Of a stretch of DNA of 64,000 nucleotides, positions 37,806 to 47,090 are shown piece after piece. Positions within the stretch are counted from its first letter, which is position 1. Every line of letters begins with the position of its first letter. Under the pieces are notes generated by a model. That model did not search any database. It saw only the letters and a program-made list of their open reading frames with translations, and was not told the origin of the DNA. This DNA is from Abditibacteriaceae bacterium (lineage in GTDB: Bacteria; Armatimonadota; Abditibacteriia; Abditibacteriales; Abditibacteriaceae). The stretch lies in contig OZ255721.1 of the NCBI GenBank assembly GCA_965277285.1, positions 3,392,001 to 3,456,000 of the forward strand, given 5' to 3'. A program made the position numbers and the translations under genes.

Positions 37806-39776
37806 ATGTCCGATTCTTCAACTTCAACCGAACCTGCCAGCGCAACGCCGAACAGTGCGCCAAATGCGACATCGTTTCGTTTCCGCTGGAGCGAATGGGG
37901 CGAATCGTCGCTGGCGGGCGCGAACGCGGTTGTCAGCCGCGAATTGCGCGTCGCTTTGCGCAACGAACGCGCCTTTGCGACCCTTGCGATTTATGTGGCG
38001 ATTTTGGGCGCTGTTGTCGCCTCGCAATTTCCCGCCGATGTCGCGGTCGGGCTGACGACTTCGCGCGATACGGGTGCGGCGGCGCTGGGAACCGCTTTGT
38101 TTCAATGGTTCGGCTGGTCGCAGGCATTGCTCATCATTTTGTTGATTCCCGCGTTAGCGACGGGCGCTTTGGCGCAGGAACGCGAAAGCCGCACGCTCGA
38201 ATCGCTTTTGATGACGCCGCTGACGCCTCTGCAAATCGTGTGGGGCAAAGGCGCCGGAGTTCTGGCGTTCGCCGCGCTGTTGTTGCTTTCGACGGTGCCA
38301 TTGACTTCGCTCTGTTTTTTGCTGGGCGGCGTTTCGCCAGGCGATGTGATCGGCGTTTATTCGTGCTTGCTGGGGTTGGCGGCGTGCGTGACGGCGCTGG
38401 GGTTGGGTTGCGCCGCGAAATGGGAAAACACCACGCAAGCGACGCTGATGTGCTACTTGCTGGTGCCTTTGGTGATGGCGGTTTTGCTGATTTGTTCGGC
38501 GCCTGGCATCGGCGCGGCGGGATTAAATCTACTGTGGCGCGGCTTTCGTGGAATCGTTTCGTGGTGGCCCAAACCGCATCGTCTGGTTGCTCATCGTTTC
38601 GTCGGGTTGTGGAAAATGCTGATGTTCGTGGCGATTCCGGTTTTGTGCATCGCGGGCCTGTGGGTTTTGGCTAACGGCTGGGATTGGGGCATTTTCTGGA
38701 TTGTTTTCGTGTTGCCTTATGGCTTGATGGTGGCGCAATTGATGATGAAATGGGCGGCGGATGAAGTGGCGCGCCGTCCCGATCCGCGCTCGCCCAAGCG
38801 CGAACGTTTGGCCGATTTGAAAGCCGAATGGAACCAGGCCGTGGCGCCGCCTCCCGTGGTTTATTTGCCATCGAGTACTGGAAAGTACACTTACACTCCG
38901 CAAAACGTGGCGCCGCCCACGCGTCAGGCGTCCGCGACGTATGGCGTGAAAGCGTTTTTGCCGGACAATCGCAACCCGATTTTTATGCGCGATATGCGCA
39001 GCGGACTTCTGGGCAAATGGTCGTATCTTTTTCGCTATTCCTACATCGTGGTGATTGCGAGCGAAGTTTTGCTTTTGCTGTGGATGTTGTCGCCGTCAGT
39101 TGTGCTGGCGCGCGACTGGAGCGACGGGTTCGCTTCGTTCGCCGGTTTCCATTTGCTGTTATTGATGGCGGCGGGCGCGGTTTTCGGAGCGCGTTCGCTG
39201 GCGCCCGAGCGCGAACAGCAAACCTTGCCGCAATTGCTGACGACGCCGTTGTTGCCGCGCGAAATCATTGGCGGCAAAATGATGACGGTCGCCGTGTGGA
39301 CGTTTTACATCTGGGTTTTGGCGGTTCCCATCGCGCTGCTGCTGGCGATGTTGCAATTATTGCCGCTTCTCAGCGTCGCGTTGTTCTTGGGCTTGGAACT
39401 AATTTTTGGCGCGTTTGCCCTTTCGTGGGGTTTGTTTTGTTCGATGCGCGCAGTCACGGTGCGACGCGCTTTGGGCTGGGCGCTGGGCGGCATCGGCGCT
39501 TTGATGCTGACTGATTCAGTGGCGCGCACTTTCGGCATCGGGCTGCAATCGAGCAGCGCTTTTCCGATTCCCAACGGGCCGCTGGTAATGCTGTTGCCGA
39601 TGACGACGATAACGAACGCGATTCGCGCCTGGTCGCCCGAAGTCGCGCCTTCGTTGATGAAGGCGTCTTCCACGCTGCTGTGGACGGGCGGCGCGGCGTT
39701 GTTTTTCGCGGTTGCCACTTTGTTTTTGCTGGTGAAAACGGCGCATGATTTCCAACGCTATTTGCAGGAAATTTGA
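37806..39776 (+). CDS. ABC-2-type permease with two tandem permease domains
   Basis: NAVVSRELR/NPIFMRDMR and ERE..TL..LL.TPL motifs each occur twice. Confidence 0.85.
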   Translation: MSDSSTSTEPASATPNSAPNATSFRFRWSEWGESSLAGANAVVSRELRVALRNERAFATLAIYVAILGAVVASQFPADVAVGLTTSRDTGAAALGTALFQWFGWSQALLIILLIPALATGALAQERESRTLESLLMTPLTPLQIVWGKGAGVLAFAALLLLSTVPLTSLCFLLGGVSPGDVIGVYSCLLGLAACVTALGLGCAAKWENTTQATLMCYLLVPLVMAVLLICSAPGIGAAGLNLLWRGFRGIVSWWPKPHRLVAHRFVGLWKMLMFVAIPVLCIAGLWVLANGWDWGIFWIVFVLPYGLMVAQLMMKWAADEVARRPDPRSPKRERLADLKAEWNQAVAPPPVVYLPSSTGKYTYTPQNVAPPTRQASATYGVKAFLPDNRNPIFMRDMRSGLLGKWSYLFRYSYIVVIASEVLLLLWMLSPSVVLARDWSDGFASFAGFHLLLLMAAGAVFGARSLAPEREQQTLPQLLTTPLLPREIIGGKMMTVAVWTFYIWVLAVPIALLLAMLQLLPLLSVALFLGLELIFGAFALSWGLFCSMRAVTVRRALGWALGGIGALMLTDSVARTFGIGLQSSSAFPIPNGPLVMLLPMTTITNAIRAWSPEVAPSLMKASSTLLWTGGAALFFAVATLFLLVKTAHDFQRYLQEI

Positions 39777-39996
39777 CGTTCCAACGGGACTCGAGTACTC
39801 GATTGCAGGTTTTAAGAGAAAGTCGAGAAAGTCGTTAAAAGGTGCAGAGAATGCGCAAAATTGTCGCTTTCAGGGCATTTCGCGGACTTTGCAAAATGAT
39901 TTTTAGAATGACAAAGTTTTACTTCTCAACCTTGTTGTCTACTTTGAAATAGGTTTTGAGAATGGGAACTTTGAGCGTTAAGGTTTTAGCGATCTT

Positions 39997-42900
39997 ATGA
40001 AAGGATTGAGGTGGTTGCTCGGTTCTCTGGTGCTGCGGATAGGGGCGCGCGGCGAGCGGCGTTCGCGTGCCAGTCGCGGCATGGCGCAAGGATTGGTTGT
40101 CGCGCTGATCACCTTATGTTTCCTGAGCGGAACCGGCTTGGTGCGTGGCTGGGGCAATCACACGCTGGACTTGTGGTTTTCGCTGCGTGACATGGTGCCG
40201 CACGATGAAGGCGTTTCGCCGCGCGTCGCTATCTTGGCCATTGATGCGCCGACGCGTCAGGCCTGGCATGGGCGCACTTTCGATGCACGCGATGTCGGGC
40301 GTGCTTTGTTGTTGTTGAAGCAGAATGGCGTTGTCGCGGTTGCGGTGGCTTTGCCCGATGCCGGACGCGACTTTCTTTCACCCGGCGACAAAGCCGTGTG
40401 GCGGCACGATGTTGCGGCCAGCGGCATTGCCCATCTGCCCTCGCAAAGCGAATCAATGCAGAATTCGGCGAGCGATAGCGTGGCTAATACCAGCAACGAG
40501 AGCAGCCAAAGCCAATGGTATCGCGACGCGGCGTGGCGCGGTCACACGGCGTTTCTGACTGATAGCGATGCGCACGTTCGTCGCGTGCCATTGATGCTGG
40601 AAAGCGGTTCTGTGCTCAATCCAGCGCTGGCTCTTTCGACGGCGTTGCAGGGTTTGCAAATGCAGCCCGAGCAAATCGTCTTGCAAAATGAAAGGGGTCA
40701 GGTGGTGCCATGGAATCGGGCGCGCCGCATGGTGCTTGGTGATCGCTCCATCGCGCTGGAGCCGGGCGGCGCCATGCTGCTCAATTTTTGGGCGTCTGAC
40801 GATGCTTTTGGCGATACCACAGACACCGCCAATGGCGCGTCTTTTAATTCTGCTATCGTGAGTCCGACGCTGGATTCGCGCACCGGGAAGTTGCTCTTAA
40901 CGCCCCCGGCGCCGCAGGAAAATTTCGCGGTACCTGTTTCGAGTACTGAAACAGCGATGGCGCCTTCGTTTACCACGCTCAGCATGGTCAATGTGCTGCG
41001 CCGCCCATCGTTGCTGCGTTCCTGGAGAGGCCGCTGTGTTGTGATCGGCGTGACGGACGCGCAGGCTGCGCCGCAATGGACGCTGGCGGGTGGCGCGCGC
41101 GTCCCCGAAGCGGCGATTCATGCCATTGTGCTCGATAATTTGCTATCGGGCGGCGCGCTCGATAGCGTTTCCGTGATGCAATTGTGGTTGCTGACCGTGT
41201 TCTTGTGCATGACAGTCGGCGGCCTGGTTGCGGCGCGCCCGCCCTTATGGAGCGGATTGGTAACCAGCCTGGCCTTACTCGCGGTGGCGCTCTTGTCGTT
41301 AGGGCTTTTCATGCAAAGCGAGTGGCTCGATGTCTCGTTGCCTTGTCTGGCCGCGGCGCTGACTTTTTTGCAAGGTGTGGTGTCGCGCGCGCGTTTGCAG
41401 GAGCGCGAAACGACGCGCGTTTCTTCTACCGTGGAAGCGCTCGAACGTGCTGGAGAAATCATCGCGGCACGCGGGCAATCGCGGGAATTGTTGGAGCGCG
41501 TGCTGCAATGGACGCTCGCCGCGATGGGCGCCGAAGCCGCTTTAGCGCTAGTGATGGAAAACGATGTCAACCTTGAAAAAGAATTGTCGCAATTGCTGGG
41601 CGACGACGAAAACGAGGCGAGCGAACCGCGCTTTCGAGTACTCGCATCGGTGCAACGCAAGCCGCGTTCGCTGGATGTTTTGCCTTTGGTGGCGCGTGAT
41701 GAAATCGCCGCGCGCGTGACGCTGCAAGAACAACCGATGCTGATTCAAGACGCGCACCGCGATCCGCGTTTTCGCTATGGACGTTCGTATTACACGCATT
41801 TTCGCTCGCTGTCAGCGCCTGGCGCGCTCAATATTACATCCGTTATCGCGGCGCCGTTGCGCGAAGGCGACCCGACCGCCGATGATCCGCAAAGCGGCGT
41901 GCGCACGGTCGGCGCCATTCTGGTCGTCAATCGGCGCGATGGCACGCCTTTTCATGCGCGCGACCTGGAATTGTTGACCGCCGTGACCAATCAAGCTTCG
42001 GTCGCACTGGATAACGCGCGATTATATGAGATTCTCAATCAGCGCGTGGCGCGTTCGGAAAGCGATCTGGAGCGCACCAACCGACGCCTGGAAGCTGAAA
42101 AAAATACGCTGCAAACCGTTCTGGAAAGCATGACGGACGGTGTTGTCGTCACTAATAACGAAGGCTTGGTGCAAATTCTCAATCCTGCGGCGCGCCATCT
42201 TTTGCCCGAATTAGATGATAACGTTGTGGGGCAACCTCTCGCGCGCTGCCTGCCCGATGTCGCGCTCGCACTTGCCGCGCGCATGATGCGTCCCGATGTC
42301 GTTGCCCCCAACGTTTCTGCGCCCAACGTTTCTGCGCCCAACGTTTCTGCGCCCAACGTTTCTGCGCCCAACGTTTCTACCACTTCAAGCACAACCGAAG
42401 AAACCACAATTTCGCCAATCTCCGTCACGTCCAACGGAACACAACCAAACCAAACCAACGAGGACCATCAAGCGCTGAAAAATGCGGAAGCCACTTTCAT
42501 CGTTGAAATGGCGGAAACGGAAAGTAGCGACGCGACTTCATCAAAGGAAACTTTTGACGAAACCAATGCTTCCGACCATGCGGAGCCTTTAAAGCGGTTT
42601 TCGGAAGTGCCGCTGCTCGAATTACCATTATCGGACGCGCCATTGTTGTTGCCTTTGGTTTCGACGACGCAGTTGCAGCGCGGCGATGTGGATGCGCCGC
42701 GTATTATCGAGGTGCGTTCGGCGCCTTTGTTGAGCGCCGACAGCAAAGATTCCGGCATTGTGTGGGTATTTTCCGACGTGACGGAAGAAAAAAGCATCGA
42801 GCAGGCGAAAAGCGATTTCGTCTCGTTTGTAGCGCACGAAATGCGTTCGCCCTTGACTTCGATTTCCGGCTTTTCGCTGATGCTACAGCGCATGGAAAAG

Positions 42901-43764
42901 CCGGACGACGAATCGAGTACTCGAAAAGACGCGCCTTTAGCAAGGCTCAGTGCCATGATGCCAAACAGTGCGGCGCGCGATAAAAACGAGAAAGATAAAA
43001 AAGAAAAAAGCGCCGCCACGCGACAGCGTTTTCTGGGCGTCATTCACAACGAAAGCGAACGCTTGACGCGCTTGATCAACAATTTGCTGGATGTGGCGCG
43101 CCTGGAAGCCGGACGCGATCTGGCGCTGCAACCCGAAAGTTTGGATTTCGCAGCTGTGGCCAACGAAGCGATTGAATCGCAGCGCGTTTACTCGAGCCGT
43201 CACACTTTGGTCAACGCTGTGCCCGACGGTTTGCCGCCGCTGTGGGCCGACCGCGACAAAGTGCTGCAAGTTCTCATTAACTTGTTGTCGAACGCTATGA
43301 AATATTCGCCGGGCGGCAATGTCACAGTGGCGGCGCAAGTCGAAGGAACGATGTTGGTAGCCAGCGTAAGCGACGAAGGGCCAGGCATCGCGCCCGTACA
43401 CCGCGAGCGTTTGTTCGAGCGCTTCGGGCGCATTGGAGCACGCGATTTACCGGCCAAAAATCCGGGTTCTGGCGAACGCGCCAAGCCAACGGGAACCGGA
43501 CTTGGACTTTTCCTGACGCGCCACCTGGTCGAATCGCATGGAGGCCGCATCTGGCTCGACCGCGAAACCGAACAGGGCGCCCGTTTTTGTTTTTCTCTGC
43601 CTTTGCAACGCACCAAAACAACACTTATCGAAATGCCAATTGTTGAAGAAACGAGTGTTGAAGAAACGAGTGTTGAAATGACTTCGAGCGACCAATCGAG
43701 TACTCGAAACGAGAAGATTTCCACTATCGAGACTTCAGCGTCCGCAATTTCAGAGTTGGCGTGA
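39997..43764 (+). CDS. CHASE2-GAF-PAS sensor histidine kinase
   Basis: CHASE2-like D.DAHVRRVPL, TM helices, GAF (QASVALDNARLY), PAS, AHEMRSPLT, NLLSNAMKYS, DEGPGI, GTGLGL. Confidence 0.9.
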   Translation: MKGLRWLLGSLVLRIGARGERRSRASRGMAQGLVVALITLCFLSGTGLVRGWGNHTLDLWFSLRDMVPHDEGVSPRVAILAIDAPTRQAWHGRTFDARDVGRALLLLKQNGVVAVAVALPDAGRDFLSPGDKAVWRHDVAASGIAHLPSQSESMQNSASDSVANTSNESSQSQWYRDAAWRGHTAFLTDSDAHVRRVPLMLESGSVLNPALALSTALQGLQMQPEQIVLQNERGQVVPWNRARRMVLGDRSIALEPGGAMLLNFWASDDAFGDTTDTANGASFNSAIVSPTLDSRTGKLLLTPPAPQENFAVPVSSTETAMAPSFTTLSMVNVLRRPSLLRSWRGRCVVIGVTDAQAAPQWTLAGGARVPEAAIHAIVLDNLLSGGALDSVSVMQLWLLTVFLCMTVGGLVAARPPLWSGLVTSLALLAVALLSLGLFMQSEWLDVSLPCLAAALTFLQGVVSRARLQERETTRVSSTVEALERAGEIIAARGQSRELLERVLQWTLAAMGAEAALALVMENDVNLEKELSQLLGDDENEASEPRFRVLASVQRKPRSLDVLPLVARDEIAARVTLQEQPMLIQDAHRDPRFRYGRSYYTHFRSLSAPGALNITSVIAAPLREGDPTADDPQSGVRTVGAILVVNRRDGTPFHARDLELLTAVTNQASVALDNARLYEILNQRVARSESDLERTNRRLEAEKNTLQTVLESMTDGVVVTNNEGLVQILNPAARHLLPELDDNVVGQPLARCLPDVALALAARMMRPDVVAPNVSAPNVSAPNVSAPNVSAPNVSTTSSTTEETTISPISVTSNGTQPNQTNEDHQALKNAEATFIVEMAETESSDATSSKETFDETNASDHAEPLKRFSEVPLLELPLSDAPLLLPLVSTTQLQRGDVDAPRIIEVRSAPLLSADSKDSGIVWVFSDVTEEKSIEQAKSDFVSFVAHEMRSPLTSISGFSLMLQRMEKPDDESSTRKDAPLARLSAMMPNSAARDKNEKDKKEKSAATRQRFLGVIHNESERLTRLINNLLDVARLEAGRDLALQPESLDFAAVANEAIESQRVYSSRHTLVNAVPDGLPPLWADRDKVLQVLINLLSNAMKYSPGGNVTVAAQVEGTMLVASVSDEGPGIAPVHRERLFERFGRIGARDLPAKNPGSGERAKPTGTGLGLFLTRHLVESHGGRIWLDRETEQGARFCFSLPLQRTKTTLIEMPIVEETSVEETSVEMTSSDQSSTRNEKISTIETSASAISELA
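42307..42378 (+). repeat. In-frame 15-bp tandem repeat (CCCAACGTTTCTGCG) x4.8 encoding APNVS
   Basis: Read directly. Confidence 0.93.
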
Positions 43765-43827
43765 GCAAAGCGTCGTGAGCAAAGCGTCGTGAGCAAAGCG
43801 TCGTGAGCAAAGCGTCGTGAGCAAAGC
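43761..43827 (+). repeat. 14-bp tandem repeat (GTGAGCAAAGCGTC) x4.8 starting at the kinase stop codon
   Basis: Read directly. Confidence 0.93.
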
Positions 43828-43909
43828 TGGGGAACATCGTTACTTGCTCGTGATAAGCTAAAGAGCATCTTTCGGTGGCAATTTTTACCAAACAACGGAG
43901 CGAACAGCG

Positions 43910-44434
43910 ATGGAACGAGCGACACTATGGAAAGCGGGAGCTGTTGTTTTAGCTATAGCAATTTGGGGTTGGGCGGGCGCGCATCAGAAAAGCGACATTC
44001 CCGTTACGCCCAGCGAAGACGATCCGCCCGCCGCCAATACGACCAACACGGCGGACACCAAGTCGGCAGCAGCGGACAAAGTTCCGCTCAAGGGGAAAAT
44101 CATGGACGTGACAGCGTTGAAAATCGAAGATGAAAAGGTCGGAACGGGCGCTGAAGCCAAACCCGGACAAAGTGTGACCGTCAACTATCGCGGCTACCTG
44201 ACGGACGGCACAGTTTTCGACGAATCGTATAAACGTGGCCAACCGTTTACCTTTGCTCTGGGCAGCGGTCAAGTTATTCCAGGCTGGGATAAAGGTGTCG
44301 CGGGCATGAAAGTCGGCGGCAAACGCAAGCTGACCATTCCGCCGAATATGGGTTACGGAGCAAGCGGCCAGGGCGCCACGATTCCTCCCAACGCGACGTT
44401 AATATTTGATGTCGAACTGGTGAAAGTGGGCTGA
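43910..44434 (+). CDS. FKBP-type peptidyl-prolyl isomerase with N-terminal signal/anchor
   Basis: VTVNYRGYL.DGTVFD, VIPGWDKG..GMKVGGKRKL.IPP, IPPNATLIFDVEL. Confidence 0.95.
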   Translation: MERATLWKAGAVVLAIAIWGWAGAHQKSDIPVTPSEDDPPAANTTNTADTKSAAADKVPLKGKIMDVTALKIEDEKVGTGAEAKPGQSVTVNYRGYLTDGTVFDESYKRGQPFTFALGSGQVIPGWDKGVAGMKVGGKRKLTIPPNMGYGASGQGATIPPNATLIFDVELVKVG

Positions 44435-44503
44435 GCGAAAGCGAAGCGTTAGCAAGGGAGATTTATGACTAAACACCTCCCTTGCTAACGCTTCGGGTTC
44501 GTT
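44434..44503. repeat. Long-hairpin REP-like element, family A
   Basis: CGAAGCGTTAGCAAGGGAG / CTCCCTTGCTAACGCTTCG(GGTTCGTT). Confidence 0.8.
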
Positions 44504-44557
44504 GTTCAATCGAGTACTCGAATGCAGCGCAAGAGCGCGCGAAACGTCCTGATTCCC

Positions 44558-46189
44558 ATGAAAAACTACGATCTCATTGTTATTGGTTCCGGCCCGGCGG
44601 GCGAAAAAGGTGCGTGCCAGGCCGCGTATTTTGGAAAAAGTGTTGCCTTAATCGAAAAAGAACCGGCTCCCGGCGGCGCCTGCGTCAATACGGGAACGAT
44701 TCCCAGCAAAACCCTGCGCGAATCGGCCTTGCAACTGACGGGTTTGAAGCAGCGCGGGCTTTATGGCGTCGATGTTTCGATGCGCCCTAACATCAGCATC
44801 AGCGATTTCATGTACCGCGAGCGCGTCGTGGTCGAAAAAAGCTGGGAACTGATCGACGACAACATCGGGCGCCACGGCATCGATGTTTATCGCGGCTGCG
44901 CGTCGTTTATCGAACCGCACGTCGTCGAAGTCAATTTGGGAAGTTCACAGATTCAACTGCATGGCGAACACGTCCTGATTGCGACCGGTTCGGCGCCGTT
45001 TCATCCGCCCACCATTCCGTTCGACCACGATTCGATTTACGACAGCGATTCGATTCTCAACCTGGATCGCATTCCCAAAACGCTGGCTGTCGTCGGCGCG
45101 GGTGTCATCGGTTGCGAATACGCGTGTATCTTCGCCGCGCTGGGCGTTGAAGTGACTTTGATTGATGGCCGCACCGAACTATTGGGGCACATCGATCAGG
45201 AAATTTCCGACGCGCTTTTGCGACAGATGCGCAATCGCTTGAAGATTCATTTGCACTTGGGCGAAGACGTGGAAAAAGTCGATGTTCGGGAAAGCTGCGT
45301 CAACTTGAGTTTGAAAGGTGGGCGTCAGGTCAACGTCGAAAAAGTGTTGTACGCGGCGGGTCGCCAAAGCAATACGGCGACGCTGGGCTTGGATAAAGCG
45401 GGCGTCGAATCCGGTAAGCGCGGCATCATCAAGGTCAACGAAGATTATCAAACCAACGTGTCGCACATCTACGCGGCGGGCGACGTGATCGGTTTTCCGG
45501 CTTTGGCTTCGACTTCGATTGAGCAAGCGCGTGCGGCAGTTGTGCATGCCTTCGACTTGGAATATAAAGCGAAGCTCGCGCCGGTTGTGCCGTATTGCAT
45601 CTGGACGATTCCTGAAGTGGCGACGGTCGGCGTGACCGAAGAAGAATGTCTGGCCAAAGGCATCGACTACGAAGTCGGGCGCGCTTATTATCGCAACAAC
45701 GCGCGCGGCCAAATTATCGGCGACACCGGCGGACAAGTCAAAATCGTTTTTGCGCCCGATACACACAAACTTTTGGGTTTGCACATGGTCGGTGAATCTG
45801 CCGCGGATTTGGTGCATATCGGCGTCATGGTGATGCAACTGGACGGCACCATCGAAGCGTTTGTCGATACGGTTTTCAATTTCCCCACGCTGAGCGACAC
45901 ACTCAAATACGCGGCTTATGACGGATTAGATCGCTTATCACGTCGTCAGCGTAACGGGAAATCGAACGGCGCGTCCCTCGAAAATTGCGCTGAAGGCGAA
46001 GATTTACCGGTTCAAATGACGGCCAGCGGCAACGCCGTTCCTGCCACGAACGGTTCAACCAACAGCGACGCTACAAATGGCGGCTCAGCAGTCAATCCAG
46101 TACTCGATGCGAGCAATGCTCCTGCTAACGCTTCGGTTGCGGTCGGTTCTTCACAAAACGCGACGCCGGGCACGACAGGTTTGTCCTAA
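44558..46189 (+). CDS. sthA: Soluble pyridine nucleotide transhydrogenase
   Basis: IGSGPAG, GGACVNTGTIPSK (CxxxxT type), GAGVIGCEYA, FNFPTL; low-complexity C-terminal tail. Confidence 0.9.
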   Translation: MKNYDLIVIGSGPAGEKGACQAAYFGKSVALIEKEPAPGGACVNTGTIPSKTLRESALQLTGLKQRGLYGVDVSMRPNISISDFMYRERVVVEKSWELIDDNIGRHGIDVYRGCASFIEPHVVEVNLGSSQIQLHGEHVLIATGSAPFHPPTIPFDHDSIYDSDSILNLDRIPKTLAVVGAGVIGCEYACIFAALGVEVTLIDGRTELLGHIDQEISDALLRQMRNRLKIHLHLGEDVEKVDVRESCVNLSLKGGRQVNVEKVLYAAGRQSNTATLGLDKAGVESGKRGIIKVNEDYQTNVSHIYAAGDVIGFPALASTSIEQARAAVVHAFDLEYKAKLAPVVPYCIWTIPEVATVGVTEEECLAKGIDYEVGRAYYRNNARGQIIGDTGGQVKIVFAPDTHKLLGLHMVGESAADLVHIGVMVMQLDGTIEAFVDTVFNFPTLSDTLKYAAYDGLDRLSRRQRNGKSNGASLENCAEGEDLPVQMTASGNAVPATNGSTNSDATNGGSAVNPVLDASNAPANASVAVGSSQNATPGTTGLS

Positions 46190-46200
46190 GCGAATTTTAT

Positions 46201-46280
46201 ACAAAGCGGGGCTGACGCCTCTTCCAATCGGTTTGCTCTATGTGCTGATTGGAAGAAGGCGCCAGCCCCGCTTTGTTTTT
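46201..46280 (+). terminator. Long hairpin terminator after sthA
   Basis: ACAAAGCGGGGCTG..CTTCCAATC / GATTGGAAG..CAGCCCCGCTTTGT followed by a T-run. Confidence 0.65.
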
Positions 46281-46376
46281 GTATGGAATAGGAAAATCCG
46301 CGTCGGCACAACCGTCCGCACTACAATTTCCCATCCTCGAATTGGCGACAGACAATTAGTTATCTGGAGGAAAATC

Positions 46377-46970
46377 ATGGCTGCTTTTACCTATGCGGAT
46401 GTGAAAGAGGATTTCAAAACATACAATTTGTTTCGACATGGCGCAATCACGTTGTTTCACGATCTCGCTGTGTTAGAAGAAACGATTGCTTACCTTCGAG
46501 AAAGGCAATACATCGTCCATGAGTTCGATTGCCCGACGTATCAGTCGGAAGGAGCCTTCCACCATGACATTTTGCTGCGTCTCGGAATCCTCAATGAACC
46601 GTTCAAACCACTTAGACAACTCAGATCAGGTGCATTCTGGGACTTGCTGTCCAGTGCGGACGTGCCGGACGAAAGCGGCCTCATTCTCGTCTTCAAACAC
46701 TTCGATGTTTTGGAGCAGCGTTTCCCCGACGGCGCGCTCCACGTTCTGGAAGACGTGGCTTATTACAATTACCGAAAACTCTGGTTCGGCAAGCGATTCA
46801 AAGCTTTTGTGCAAACAGAAAACGACGAATTACAAAATCATCTTCTGGGCGCGCGTCGCATAATGTTAAACAATGAAGAGACCAGAATAAGATTCAAAAA
46901 GAACCGAGAGCAACGCGAACGGGAACGAGCCGCTTCCAATACTTTGCCGCAAGACTCGGAAATCTTATAA
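46377..46970 (+). CDS. Barstar-like protein
   Basis: GGAGG RBS; FDC.....FH..I...L, AFWDLL, GLILVFKHFD resemble the barstar-fold family. Confidence 0.55.
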   Translation: MAAFTYADVKEDFKTYNLFRHGAITLFHDLAVLEETIAYLRERQYIVHEFDCPTYQSEGAFHHDILLRLGILNEPFKPLRQLRSGAFWDLLSSADVPDESGLILVFKHFDVLEQRFPDGALHVLEDVAYYNYRKLWFGKRFKAFVQTENDELQNHLLGARRIMLNNEETRIRFKKNREQRERERAASNTLPQDSEIL

Positions 46971-47090
46971 ACGATGCGCAATCGAGTACTCGATTCTTGC
47001 CTGCGACCGTTCTTTGTCCGTCATTTTGCGGATGCGCGCCGTCTTCCTTTCAAAGAGACTTGGCGCAATTGAAGTTGAGGTCAACCGTTT

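Noticed and set aside
43761..43827. Mini CRISPR array
   Set aside because: The units are contiguous 14-mers with no spacers.
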